NCBI GenBank assembly: GCA_028534125.1
Contig: CM052839.1
Coordinates: forward strand, 14,198,001-14,262,000
DNA length: 64,000 nt
Reading direction: 5' to 3'
Source: Lama glama
Lineage: Eukaryota
The notes under the pieces are model-generated. The model was not told where the DNA came from. It saw only the letters and a program-made list of their open reading frames with translations, and did not search any database. Shown piece by piece: positions 50,601 to 62,960 of this stretch (within the stretch, counting starts at the first letter, position 1; each line of letters opens with the position of its first letter). The position numbers and the translations under genes were made by a program.

Positions 50601-53110
50601 AACAGCGGGAGGTCCCCGAAGTCCGCAGTGGAGCAGCAGTGCCGGCTGTCCTCCAGCCACCGGTCAGCCTTGCCCACCTCGGGGCACTGCAGCAGCCCGC
50701 CCGCCTCCTCCTTCACCCCGCCCACCTCCTCCTGCTTGGAGTCCCGAGGCACCACGGCCTTCTCCCCCGGGGGCTCCTCCTCCTGGAAGCCCAGGCAGGC
50801 CGGAGCCTCATGGGCGGACTCCTGGCCAACGCTGTCCGCGGCCTTCCCGCCCTGCTCCAGACCCTTGGCGAGCTCACCGGGCTGCAGCCCCCACCGGGGA
50901 CAAGCATCCCCCAGGTTCTCCTCGGGCCAGGCAAAGGGGTTGGCGCTGTCCGCCGAGCTGGCGGTGGTCGTGTCTGGAAAGCAGTCAAACGCCGCCGTGG
51001 TGGGGTCAGAGGCGGCAGCCCCAAGGGTGGGTTTGGTGCCAAAGGAGAGGGGACCGGTGGTCTTCTTGGGGTCGGGGGTGGCGAAGCCCACAGACGGGTC
51101 TTCAAACAGCCCCGGGCTGAAGTCCTTGGCGCCACCACCCTTATCCAGCTGCAGGGACCCAGGAAGGGCCTCTGGCTCCCCCGGCCTCGGCCATGCAGCC
51201 TTGGCCACAGAGTCCAGGCAGGCGCTGTGGTTCTCCAGCGAGAAGGGTGGCTTGCAGGCATCCTTGGCCAGGCTGGGCGCCTCGGCCCAGGCCTTGTCGG
51301 CCTTCTCGCCGACGGCCTCCTGCAGCCCTAGAATCTCGGAGGCCAGGTCCTCCTGCGCCAGGGCGCTGAGCAGCAGCCGCGGGCAGTCCCGCGCGCCGGC
51401 CACGAGCCTGGAGAAGCTGCCGAGCGGCAGGCTGCTGTGCAGACTCTGGAGGGAGTCGTCGGACTTGGTGGACACGTCGTCGGGCGAGGTCACGGAGCAG
51501 GTGGACACCGACTCGGGCTTGGCCTTGCAGCTGCTGTTGACCCTGGCGGGGCTGCCGCGAGCCTGGCCGCAGTAGAGGAAGCCACGCTCCAGCGGGTCCT
51601 CAGAGCCGCTCAGGTAGTCTGTCTCAGGCGGCTCGGCATGGCTGGACTGCGGCGTGCTGCTCAGCGGCTCCGACAGCGGCGTGCCCACCGGCTCGGCTGA
51701 GTAGCCGCTGCCCTCGGGGCTGCAGTGCTGGCTCTTGTGCTGCTCCGGGGTCCGGGACGCCAGGTGCTTGACGCCCTTCTTCTGCGGCGCGGCGGCCTGA
51801 GAGAGCAGCAGCTGCTGGACCGTGGTGGACATGCTCTCCACCTGCGAGGTCAGCGCTGTGAGGCTCTGCAGGCTCAGATCTGACAGAAGCGTCTCAGGGA
51901 GCTTGTTTTTCTGCAAGGCCTTGCAGTTGCCGGCCTGGGCGTCCACGGAGCTGGCGGCGTCCGTCGGGGAGGGGTTGAGCAGGGGCATGAAGTGGCTGTG
52001 GTCGGTGAGGCCGGCAGGGAAGGCCCCGGTGCTGAGCGGCTGCTGGTTGTAGGGGAAGTTCTCCAGGTTGGGCATGAGCGGCGACGGGGTGGAGCTGTAG
52101 GAGGGGGAGCGGCCCACGGAGCGCGCGGGTGAGTGGCCGGAGCTGGGGCTGAAGGTCTGGTAGTACTGCTCCGGGGGCCTGACCGCTGCGTCCGGCTGGC
52201 AGAAGCCGGGGCCTTGCTGGCCGTAGTGTTGGTACTTGGCGAGGGTCTGGTAGTGCAGGCTCTCCTGGGCATGGTGGCGGCTCTGCAGGGCTTGCTGCTG
52301 CTGCTTCTGCTGGTCGTAGCTGAGGCGGCCGGACTGATAGGCATGAAGGTTCTGGACCCGCGGCCCTGGGGCCAGGCTGGAGCTGGCGGTCAGTGGCCTG
52401 TCATGGGGCTGGGCGGACGGTGCTGTGCAACTCTTATAGGAATGGGCCCCCTGCCCCCCGGCCTGGCCGGGGGAGGAGTAGGTGGAGGACGTGGGAAAGG
52501 ACTGGGAGTGCTGGGGAAAGTGGCCGCCCTGGGGGAAGGGCAGAGGTGAGGCGAGATCGTTCTGCAGTTTCTGCCTCTGGAGCTTGGGATAGGCCAGGGG
52601 CTGTGGCAGCTGCGGCTGGACGTGCAGGGAGTGAGTCCGGAAGGGCAGCTGGGCGCCCTGCTCGGGGTACTGCCTGCCAGGCGGCACCGCCGTCTTTTTC
52701 AGCAGGTTCTCGTCATACTTGCCCACCCCTCCTGGCAGGGGCTGCGGCTGGGGGGGTGGCGGCTGGGGGGCCCCCCAGGCCTGCAAGCTCTCCTCGCCTG
52801 AGTAGCGGCCGGGGTAGGGGCCGCCGTCCTGCACGTTGTAGCCTGGGAAGGCCGGCCGCCCGGGCAGGGCCTGCTGCGCCGGCAGGCCCTTGGTGCCGCG
52901 GGCTGCGCTGGCGGGCGTGCCCGCGCTGCCCTCGTAGCCCGGGTAGGGCTGCGGGTTGTAATAGTCCTTGGCCAGCAGCCGCTGCCGGTCACAGCTCAGC
53001 CCGGCCTGGCCCGGCTGCCTGCAGTTCTCCAGGCGAGACGGCTCCTGCGAGGTCTGCTGGTAGTTCTGTTGTTTGCCATGGAAACCACACCTTTCTCGAA
53101 AAGACTGCAT
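47615..53110 (-). CDS. RAI1: Retinoic acid-induced protein 1, giant first coding exon (exon spans 47615-53126)
   Basis: 1832-codon ORF starting [17 protein letters not shown], with polyQ, NLS-rich region and ePHD start (CCLCQNP...[11 protein letters not shown]); cacag acceptor at 53127, ATG|gtaagc donor. Confidence 0.98.
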
Positions 53111-56100
53111 GACTCGGGTGGGCTATCTGTGAAGAGAAAGGGGGAGAGGGCGGGCAGGCGGGCGGGGAAGGGAGGGGCAGAGGGACAGCAATTGAGACGG
53201 GCCATTTCCTTCCCTGCAGCCTGGCCCCCTCCCCTAAGCCTGAGCCTCCCCACCGGCTGTGCACACTGACAACTCCTGTGTCAGGGAGGTGTGCTCTGCC
53301 ATTCCAGCTCCGACAAGGACTGGGACGGCCACCTAGGAGGGAGGTGCCACCAGGCTGCCCAGTCACTGGGGAGCTGCTCCCACTCCCGGCCGGCTCCTCC
53401 CCCTCCTCGGCCCCTTCCCAAGGCTCCAACTCATTTAGCAGAGCAATTCCCGCTCCCCTGTCCCTGGGGCTGCTGGATCCTGTAATCCAGTCCCAGCGCG
53501 GCAGTGTTCAAGCGTGACCCGGTGCGCCGGGGACTGAGGACGGCTCGCCCCAGGAGCCGCTCATGCAGGCACCTCCTCTGTCGCTGCCGTGCCACCTGGA
53601 ACCTGCTCCTTCCAGCAGACCTTGATTAGGGGCCGCCAAGCCACTGCAGGGATAAAACATCCGCTTCTCTGGCTCCCAGGAACGCAGGATGGCAGCACCT
53701 GCCCCCGGTTTTTGATATTGTAGGTGCGTAAACAGATTACATGGCCCAGAGTGAGGCAGCACCTGCTAAGGGGGGCGGGGGGGGGTGGTGGAGCTGCAAA
53801 CCCTCCACGCGTGAGGCAGCCCCAGCCCTCCTGCTTGGCTCTCCCCAGTCTACAGGGCCAGAGTCAGGCCGAAAGCCCATCTGTTTATGATTTTAGGGGC
53901 CCAGGTGGGGGTCCAACCTGCCCCAAAGCAGGATCCAGGGTCAGGAAGTGACCCTGGGGTGGTGGGCCCTTCGAGGGCAGAGTGGCAGGATTCACACCGC
54001 CTCCCAGACCTCCCCAAGAGGACACACAGCTGGCCTTTTCAGGGCCTGTTCCCAACCCCAAAGAGGATGGGGGGCCAGCCATGGGGTCCAAGCTTCCAGG
54101 GCTATAGGAGGACCAGACAGGGATAAGGAGGACACACCTGCAGACGTGAGAGAGGACAGGAGCCACATGGGGAGGGAGGGGGTCCGCCCCCCCTTCACCC
54201 CGATCGCACCTTGACGCCTTCCTCCTGTGGTGGGAGACAGGGTGCTGACCAGGAAGGAGGACCAAGCTGTGCAGGGCCAGCCCGGGGCGGTCGGCCAGCC
54301 CCAGGAGCCCTGGCAGCACAGCCCAGGCCCACCTCCCTGCCTTGGGCAGTCAGCTGGCCCGGCCTCTGGGATGGAAGCACCACAGTCCACGGAGAGGGAC
54401 TGACCGGTTTACCACAGGACCCCAGCTTGGAGGAGCCTGCCCTTCTGACCCACTTCAGTCCATCCCGGCGGCTTGGATCAAACTACATGAGGTACTTGCT
54501 GCCACGCTGACCCAGAGCTGGAGGCAGCGCTCAGTTCTGGGCTCTGGCCCGGTGGCTCCCTGCCAGGTGACCTCTGCAGGGAAGCCAGACTGCTCCGGGC
54601 TCCCAGGCAGGTGGCCCCCTTCCCACCTCGGGCAGGCCCACGCAGGCACCCCCACAGTGCCCATGCCCCTGTCCTGCAGGTGGGGGCCACCTCCGCTCAG
54701 GTGTCCCCTGCAGGAAGGCAGAGGCAGCAGAGGCCCCCAGCCCAAGGGCACCGCGCCCTGCCCTGCCCTCCCCAGCCATGTTTATGAGCCCGGGATTCAC
54801 AAACCCGGGGCCGTTCAGAAGGCTGCGCCTCGTATATCTGCACAAATTACATTTCGGCTTTTATTAGTCCCAGACCGCTCTCATTTCCTGCTGAGTGTCC
54901 TGTGGATATCATTAACATTTCTACAGCTTAAAAAAAATTTTTTTTCACATTCTCCAAAATGCATTACCAGAAACATTATTTAAGAAGAGAGAATGCTATG
55001 ACCACTGCCCCCTCCCCCCCGTTTAATCAGGCCAGCTGCCGCATCTTGTAATTGCACCGAGCCGTATGACAGCGGGCTTCCCAGTACACAGGAGCAGCTG
55101 GACGTGCTGAGGGCATCTATCTCTGAGAGAAGACAGTTCAATTAAAACACGAGAAGCCCAGTGCCTGACGGAGAACGCAGGCCGAGACGCTCACCCCAGC
55201 ACCACCCTCCAACCCCAGGTGGGGGGGGTGCAGGCACAAAGGCACGACCACCTCCTGGAGCCAGCCAGGCCCCGGCCCACCAGCTCTGCCAGGAGGCAGT
55301 GGGGCTCTACCTCTCTAGGAGCTGCCTCAGGCCTGCCATGGGCCCCGTTGTTATTAATTACTATGCTTATGATTAGTTTCCAAGACCACTAAAAGAGGAC
55401 AGGAGGGAGGGAGGCAGGCAGAGAGCTGGGGTGGGCAGTGGCAGGAAGGGGGCAGAAAGGGGCCCCCTTGGCAGGGAGATGGTGACCTTTGAACCCAGGT
55501 GGAGGGCAGGGAGCAGCGGTGGGGCCAGGCTGAGGGTTTGGCCTCTGTGCCTTCTGCTGGAGGGAGAAGGGGTGGGGGTCAGGGGAGGACACCTGCTCAC
55601 ACACCTTCAGAAGACTCCTGGTCCAGCCTGGCCTCCCCATACCTGCTTCCCCTCCCCCTTCTCCCAGACACTTGGTCAAGGCCACCAGCAGGGAGGGAGG
55701 AAGAGGCCAGTCTCCATGGTCCTCTAAGCACCAGATATGTCTGTGCCCCTGTGGTGACCCCTGGAAGCTGGCCTCCCAGGCCACTGGGCCAGGGAGCAGG
55801 CCAGGGGCAGGGAGAAACAGCACAAGGCTGGGCCAGGGTCCAGGCGGCGCATCCAACGCCCCAGGACATCCCTACACAGCGATGGGTCTCACTGCTCCCC
55901 CAGCCATGAAATGGGAGGACCGGAAAGGGGGGCTGTGATGAGCCAGACACCCCCTGCAAGGCCAGCAGCTCAGGTGAACCAGGGCCCAGCCCTTCCTCCA
56001 GACGAGGCCCACGGCTCTGCTTGGCGCTCCCCACCCCAGCCCAGCAGGGTCCACAGGCCCCGGGGTGCAGAGGCAGTGTGGCCGGGGGTGCCTGCTCCCA

Positions 56101-57894
56101 CTGTGTTCACACACGTACTGGTTTGTTCTGCCCTCTGACAGAGAGAGGGGCGGCTCAGAGGGACCAGGACCTGAGTGTGAGCCCGCCCACAGGGAAGCTC
56201 CTTCTGATGCACGTGGGGCCACAGCAGCGCCCAGGCCAAGGGTGGCCCCCGCCTCACCCAGAATTCCCACCTCAGAAGGCATCTTGGAGCAAGACCGCAA
56301 GAAGACTCTGGCAGAAAAGGAGCAGGGCACCTTCCAGCTCCTCTCCACCACCTGGGAGACCGGGAAGCCAGGTTAGTCCCCCATTCAAGGAGTCAGACCC
56401 ACCGTGGGGGTCTACTCATGGGCCACGGTGGTCCCTGGCTGCAGGCTGTCCCCTTCTCAGAGATCAGTCATCGGGGCCTATCCTGCCTCTCCAGCCCCCA
56501 AGGTCAGGGAGATGGGCCCAGCGTGGGCCAGCGCCGGGTAGCTCCCACAGGAACCTGAGGGCTCCAGGCTGGGAGGCTGTGGCTGGAAGCGGTGCCTGAG
56601 AGGGAGGGGCAGAGAGGAAGCTCTGTTCCCCAGCAGCTGCTCTGGGGCCGCTGGTTCCATCCCACCCACTTACCCAAGGTTGTTTTATGACCTGGTTTCC
56701 TGATTTGTAGCTGCAGGGAGAAAATTTAAAAACCCAACCCACTCAAGGGCTGGGAACAAGGAAGGAGGGGAAAGTTACCTGCATTGGGAGGCTGGGGGTG
56801 GGGGTGTCCCGGGAGGAGCGGAGAAGGTGGGACCCCTCGGGCCTCCCCATCTGCTGTGGGTGATGAATAATAACTAGGAAACTCTGATTAAAGTGATAAA
56901 TCACGAGTCAGATTTATTGCTATCCTGTGGGGTCTACTTTGAATCTCAAGGGCCTGGCTTGAATGGGGGGTGGTTTCCAAGGAGTCCCTCAGACAAGACA
57001 GCTGGGTGCCCGCAGGCCTCTGGGACGGGTAGGGTTCTCGGGCCAAGCACAGGGAGAGGCTGGCGTGGGGCAGAGGGGCACCATCCAGAGAACAAGGCAG
57101 CTGCCACCCTGCAGTGGGGCCTCCCAAGACCGCCCCATAAGGGCAACACCCCCAACACACTTGGTGCACACTCGTCCTTACGCACGGACACCAGCGGGAG
57201 AAGTCCACAGGTCCAACGCACTGTCCTGTGCAGGGCCTGGGGGACAAGCTGTAGGGTGAGAGGGGCAGGAGGGCAGCCAGGCTCCTAAGTGAGGCCTAGG
57301 TGAGGCAGGGGCCCCGGGGCTCCTGGGAGGATGTCTGAATGGGGGGTGACGCTTCTGGACTCTCCAGATGTTTGTAAAACCTTCCCTCAAAGCTCACCAA
57401 CGCAGCCTCCTCCAAGGACCCCACTGTGGAGATAGCTGGGACCTCAGGAGCCACGGGAATGGGAGCCTCCCCCCAGGGTCTAACCCAACAGAAGGACGGC
57501 CCACCCCACCCGCACCACCGCCCCGGACACCACCTGAGCACCACTGCTAGTTCCCTGAGGTGCCCATCCAGGAAGGAAGCCGCGACCCTACTTCTTGGAG
57601 TGGGGTAACAGGCTAAGTTCCCATCCACTGCGCAGTAAGTGGGCAGCAGAGTTAAGATCTCAACTCGGGTCCCTCCTTCTAAAGCTGTCTGGCTCCCCAC
57701 ACTCTGAGGTGCAGTTCCTGGGATGCGCGGGTCAGTAGGTCCAGACACCTGGGCCGGAGGGGCCCCCAGTGCAGGGGGTGCAGGGCAGATGGCCGGCTGC
57801 ACCCTCCCCACGGTGAGATATGGGGCAGCCAGCAGGGATTCGGCAGCAGCTGTGCTGTGGGCGTCCAAGAGCCCTCTGTGGGGAGGGTCCGGGG

Positions 57895-58020
57895 AGAGCT
57901 TACCTATTACCAGCCTCATGCGCATCAGTCTCTCGTGCACAATCACTTTTACATCGTTTTACTCACCACTCAACAGAAAGCATCACCACCTCTCCCCAGC
58001 TCTGCCAAAACGAGGAAAAT
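57895..58020 (-). mobile_element. MIR SINE fragment
   Basis: cactttacatcgttttactcaccactcaacag...gaggaaa. Confidence 0.4.
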
Positions 58021-58384
58021 AAAAAGGGGGCTGCTGGGATACACACAGCTAAGAGGGGTGGGGTTACCCACACACTCAGAGCCCCAGGCCAGCAAGGTCA
58101 AGGCCTGGCCCAGACACTGGCACGGGAGCCCGAGGGGACTCAAGGGGCTCCCAGTCTGCTCTGCTCCCCACCGACCTTGTGGGCGAGGGCACAGTATGGC
58201 TGACATAGGATCTGTGCGTCTGCTGGCTTTGAGGGGAGGCAGAGAAGGCCAGGAGAGAGGGCCCAACCTCTCACCCCAGCCTTGTCCTCGACACCCTGTG
58301 TGCTCCACCCACCTTGCCGTCCTGAGTAGGAGGAAGTGCACCAAGGTGCCAAGCTGATGGTGTGGCTGGCTGCACACTTTGTGG

Positions 58385-58720
58385 CAGTAGGCAAGCCTTT
58401 CACCTCCCTGAGCCTCAGGGCCTTTGCACTGCCTTTCCTCTGCTGGGAATACCATTCTCAGGTTATCTACATGGCTCCCCTGGCTCCCTGGGCTCCAAAC
58501 CTTTGCTTATGTCACTTCTCAGAGAGCTGTCACTAACCAGTATGTCTGAAACTCACTCTGCCCCCCACCCCCACTTCTGCTCCAAGGTAATAAGCCATAT
58601 ACGGCTAACTGGTTTTATTACTGGCCCTTCCACTTTAGAAAGTAAGTTCCATGAGACCAGGGATTTTTGCCTGTTTTGTTCACAGCCATATCTCCAAGTC
58701 CCCAAACAATCACTCTTTGA
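58385..58720 (+). mobile_element. L2 LINE 3' fragment
   Basis: cctcagggcctttgcactgcc...gtaagttccatgagaccagggatttttgcctgttttgttcac. Confidence 0.75.
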
Positions 58721-59434
58721 ATGTATAAAATGTCACATCAACCCTATGAAAATACCCAGAATAGTGGGTGGAGGAACAGAGCACAAACGGGGGGCGGGGG
58801 GGCTCGTGGCTGCAACTCCTCCTCACCTTTGGGCCCCGCAGGTGAGACACTGGGCAGCAGGCACATGCAGAGGGAGGTGAGCCACTCCAGCAGGTGCTGC
58901 CTTGTGGGAACGAGGGCCCAGGGTACCAGGGCCTCTGAGCACTTTACAGAAAAGGAAACCTTTCATTTAAAAAGTGTTATCAACCAAGTAAAAAGTTTAA
59001 CACCGAGTTCAAGAGAACTGGTCTGTGGGCTGTATTTGATCACAAACTCCCAGGTGTCCAGGGCAGATGGACCTTGGCCCGGCTGTGGCAGGTGAAGGAG
59101 AACAGGAGCTTCCAGAACCTTCTCTGGCCTGTGGGAGAAGCCCTGGGACCAGCATGAACCAGTTAAGCTGTGAAGCCCAAGGACAAGGACTGTGGGCTCG
59201 AGTGGGGGCCCTCAGGGAGGTGGGGTGCAACAGCCTTGGGAAGAGCGTGCAGAGAGATGGGACGGCGGGAGGCCTGAGGCCCGCAGCAGTGGTCATCCCC
59301 TCCTCCAGACCTTCCACCCTAGGCACAGATGAAGCCCTGTCACCTCCCCACTGGCCGATTCCCTGCAGGGCTCCCCAGTGGCGCTCACCACAGCAGTAAT
59401 TACGTAATTAATGGTCTAATGAGCCATTTCCAAG

Positions 59435-59560
59435 TACTCCCTCACTGGAATGTACTCTGATGAGGGCAGGGGCTTCATTTGTTGAGTCCTAGGCCCTAAC
59501 CCTAGAAACTGATCTGAGCAGATGCCTATTAAATGCTGCCTGGATGGATGGACAGGTGGG
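59435..59560 (+). mobile_element. L2 LINE 3' end
   Basis: ctggaatgtactctgatgagggcagggg...gcagatgcctattaaatgctgcctggatggatgg. Confidence 0.6.
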
Positions 59561-60899
59561 ATGGGTGAGGCCACGTTACCCAACCCTCACCACAGCCCTA
59601 ACCTGCAAATCCTGGGGACAAGGTTGATGAGACAGGCCGGGAGGCCAGGACACATGCAACAGCCAACCAGGAAGGGAAGACAGAGCTTATGTTCGGCCCT
59701 GCACTGCCCACAGGTCACGGTCCCTTTTGCGCCTGAGCCCACCCGTCAAGCTCCGCTTACAGTTTGCGCAGGGGCCGAGCTGGGTGCTGAGGGTCCAGGG
59801 GAGAAAGCAGCATAGCTCTTGCCCTCCGGAGGCCAACAGACACACAGACAACTGCGGTACTGAGATACCCAGGTGGGGAGAGGTGGGGGCCAGGGCAGGC
59901 TGGAAGGAGGGAACCTAACTATCAGACGAAGGAGCAGCCTGCATGAGGCTGGAGGCAGGACGGAGCAAGCGGGGTGACTAAGGTCATCGCCCCTCCCCCA
60001 CCTCAGATGGCCTGGCAGCTGCAGCCAGGGGTCAAGTGCCCTCTGTCCTCATGGTGCCAAATACCCAGCCATCCTGCAAAGTCACCCCCTTTTGTTAGCT
60101 GCCCGCATCCTGCTCCGGGAAGGGCCACTCTCCCACACTCCGCAGGGCTCGCTGGCCTGTGGCCCAAGCTCGAGGGGGTCTCTGGCTTGTTTCTGATGCG
60201 GGACGCCACTACTCTGTCCCCTCCCGGCCAACAGGGCCAGATGCTACAGGCAGGGAGCCACCAGAAGCCACTTTCCGCAGAGCGCGCTGGAGGTCAAGCC
60301 TCCCCCTCCTGCAGAAGGTTAATGGAAGCCCAGAAAAGGGCAGCACCTTGTCCAGGATGTCCAGCAGGGCTGAGACGACGCAGGAGCTCTACCCTAGAGG
60401 ACCCCTCTGCCAACCAGAAAATGAATCCGGAGCTGGGGACCGAAAGTGGGGGGCCAGGGCCTCCACTTGGATACCCAGCTTCCCAGAGGAGTCAGGGGAC
60501 CCCCTCACTTCCCAGCCTGGGCAGAACCTCCCCTCCCTTCCCTGCCTCTGACACCCTGTCCATGCAGCATCCTGACAGCCCCTCCCAGCTGAGTTCCACC
60601 CGGGGAGCCAGGGAATTGGCGCCCCCCCTNNNNNNNNNNNNNNNNNNNNNNNNNNNNNNNNNNNNNNNNNNNNNNNNNNNNNNNNNNNNNNNNNNNNNNN
60701 NNNNNNNNNNNNNNNNNNNNNNNNNNNNNNNNNNNNNNNNNNNNNNNNNNNNNNNNNNNNNNNNNNNNNNNNNNNNNNNNNNNNNNNNNNNNNNNNNNNN
60801 NNNNNNNNNNNNNNNNNNNNNNNNNNNNNNNNNNNNNNNNNNNAATTGCTTAGTCCGAGTCAGCTGGTGGAGTATTCTGCTCAATGTGAAAGCGGGCCG

Positions 60900-62960
60900 G
60901 CTTTCCAGTTGGCAAGCTGACTTCGTTAATTGCGCATTCAGTCTCTACTTAGGGTAATTGAAACGAAGCGGGGCCCAGGTCTGACAATTAGGGTCTGCGA
61001 CGACGCCATTAACCCTTTCGCCCCCGCCCCCGCGGATCCCACGCACCGCGAGGAGCGGGGTTGGGGGGCGCCCGCCCCAGTGCCAGCAGAGTTAACACGG
61101 CGCGGGAGCTGGGCGCGGGCCGAGCGGGGGATGGGGAGCCGCGCAGGGTGTGCGGGGGTGTTTGCGGCCTCGCCGCCCCCCGCCCCCGCAGCCCCCGCAA
61201 CAGATGTTTCAGCCGTGTAAGACAAAGGCAGAGCGCCTGCCGCTGCCGGGAGAAAATCCGCAGGACTCCCTCAGGGGCAGGTAAAATTTCACCTTCTATT
61301 TGAGTTCCCCTTGCCCGCCCCCGCCCGGTTTCCCGGCCTCTGCGCCAATCCGGAAAGCGCCACCAAAGACGCCGCGCCGCCGCCTCCGCCGCCCAACCCG
61401 CTGACCCCAGCAAGGTCGCGGCGACCTCGGGCTCCGCCAACCGCGCGCTCGCCCGTGCTCTGCCGGCGAGGGGCACCTCCCGCGCCGGCCCCTCCTGGGG
61501 CGCCCTGGTCCACGATCCCGCGATCGGAGGCGCCGGGAGCGAGGAAGGGGCGCTTTTCTCGCCACGAGGCGGAGGCGGTGCTGGACGCTGAGCGCCTCCC
61601 TCCTGCCCGCGCTGGGACCCCGGGGGCTGGCCCCCCCCGCCCCCATCATTCATCTCCCTGATTCCCGCTGTAGCCGCCCTCGGAAGTCAGCCGAGTGAAG
61701 CAGCTGTTCTTTGCACACTCCACTTGACCAAAGATGATGATAAATGAGGCCCGGGCTGCGTCGGGGACGCGGCGGCGGCCGCGAGAGGCGCGCAAGGCGG
61801 GGCGTACCGCCCGCACCCCTTCTCTGCGCCTTGGAAAGGGAGAGGACGCGAAGGACAGACGCTGCCGGGCAAAACCAAAGGCCCGCACTCCCCTTCCGGC
61901 GCCCTGCGCTACACCAGCGCCGGTGGAGAGGTGCGCCCTGAGCACCGGGGCCTAGGCGGAGACCCCCTCCTCGCGGTGGCGCGGCTGTCCGGCTGCCCGG
62001 CTCTCGCCGGCCCTGCCCACCCCCAGGCTCCGGTGCCTCAGCCCCCACCGCGCCCGGGCGCCCCCTCCCCGCGCCTCAAACCTATTAACACTCGTAAATA
62101 ATGAATAATGGAGCGCTTCCCTCCGCCGAGCGAGGGTGCGGGCGGGGCCGCCGCCAGCTGCGCCCTGTCCTGGGGAGGGGGCGCCCCGGCCCGGCGCGGG
62201 GGTCGGGCGCGCGGCCCCGCACACGTGCAGCCGCGGCGCGCAGGCGGGCACTACNNNNNNNNNNNNNNNNNNNNNNNNNNNNNNNNNNNNNNNNNNNNNN
62301 NNNNNNNNNNNNNNNNNNNNNNNNNNNNNNNNNNNNNNNNNNNNNNNNNNNNNNNNNNNNNNNNNNNNNNNNNNNNNNNNNNNNNNNNNNNNNNNNNNNN
62401 NNNNNNNNNNNNNNNNNNNNNNNNNNNNNNNNNNAGCCGAGGACGCGGGCTCCTTACCTCGCTCGACGGCTCCGGACTCTGAGCGCCTCCCCCGGCCTGC
62501 GGCCCCCGCCCCTGCACGGGCATCGCGCGGCTAAATCTCAGCCTGGAAAGGACCGATTAGGAGCCGCGTGCCTTTCTGCGAAATATTGGAACCGGCTGGG
62601 GTGGGGGCGGGGAGCCCGGCGCACTCGTCCCCTCGCCTCCCTCCGCGCTCGCCGTGGCTGCGAGGCGGCTCGGTTCTCCCTCCGCAAACGCCGGGCGGCC
62701 CGGCCGGGGCTCCGAGCCCCCCTTTGGTTTTCGCCCTTCTCTCTTCAACGCCCACCCTTCTTCAGTCATCGACGAAGCTGGAGCTTCTAACACACGGACC
62801 CTCCGGCAGCGGCGGCGCCAAGTGGGGCGCTGCCTCCCCCATCGCCAGCCTCCTCCCTAAGCCACTCCAAACAAACACACCATTTAAACAGCAGCGGCCT
62901 TGCACACCAGCAACTTCAAGGCGGAACCGCCCGTGCCTGGGCAAGGGGCGCACCGGGGCC
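60900..62960. promoter_or_regulatory. Intragenic CpG island in RAI1 intron 2, probable alternative promoter
   Basis: Very dense CpG, GC boxes, N gaps beside and within it; minus-strand donor GAG|gtaagg at 62458/62457. Confidence 0.7.

Noticed and set aside
48702-51575. 957-aa ORF on the + strand opposite RAI1
   Set aside because: Shadow ORF in register with the RAI1 codons; GC3 bias removes antisense stops; begins at a non-ATG (TTG) codon and shows no recognisable domain.
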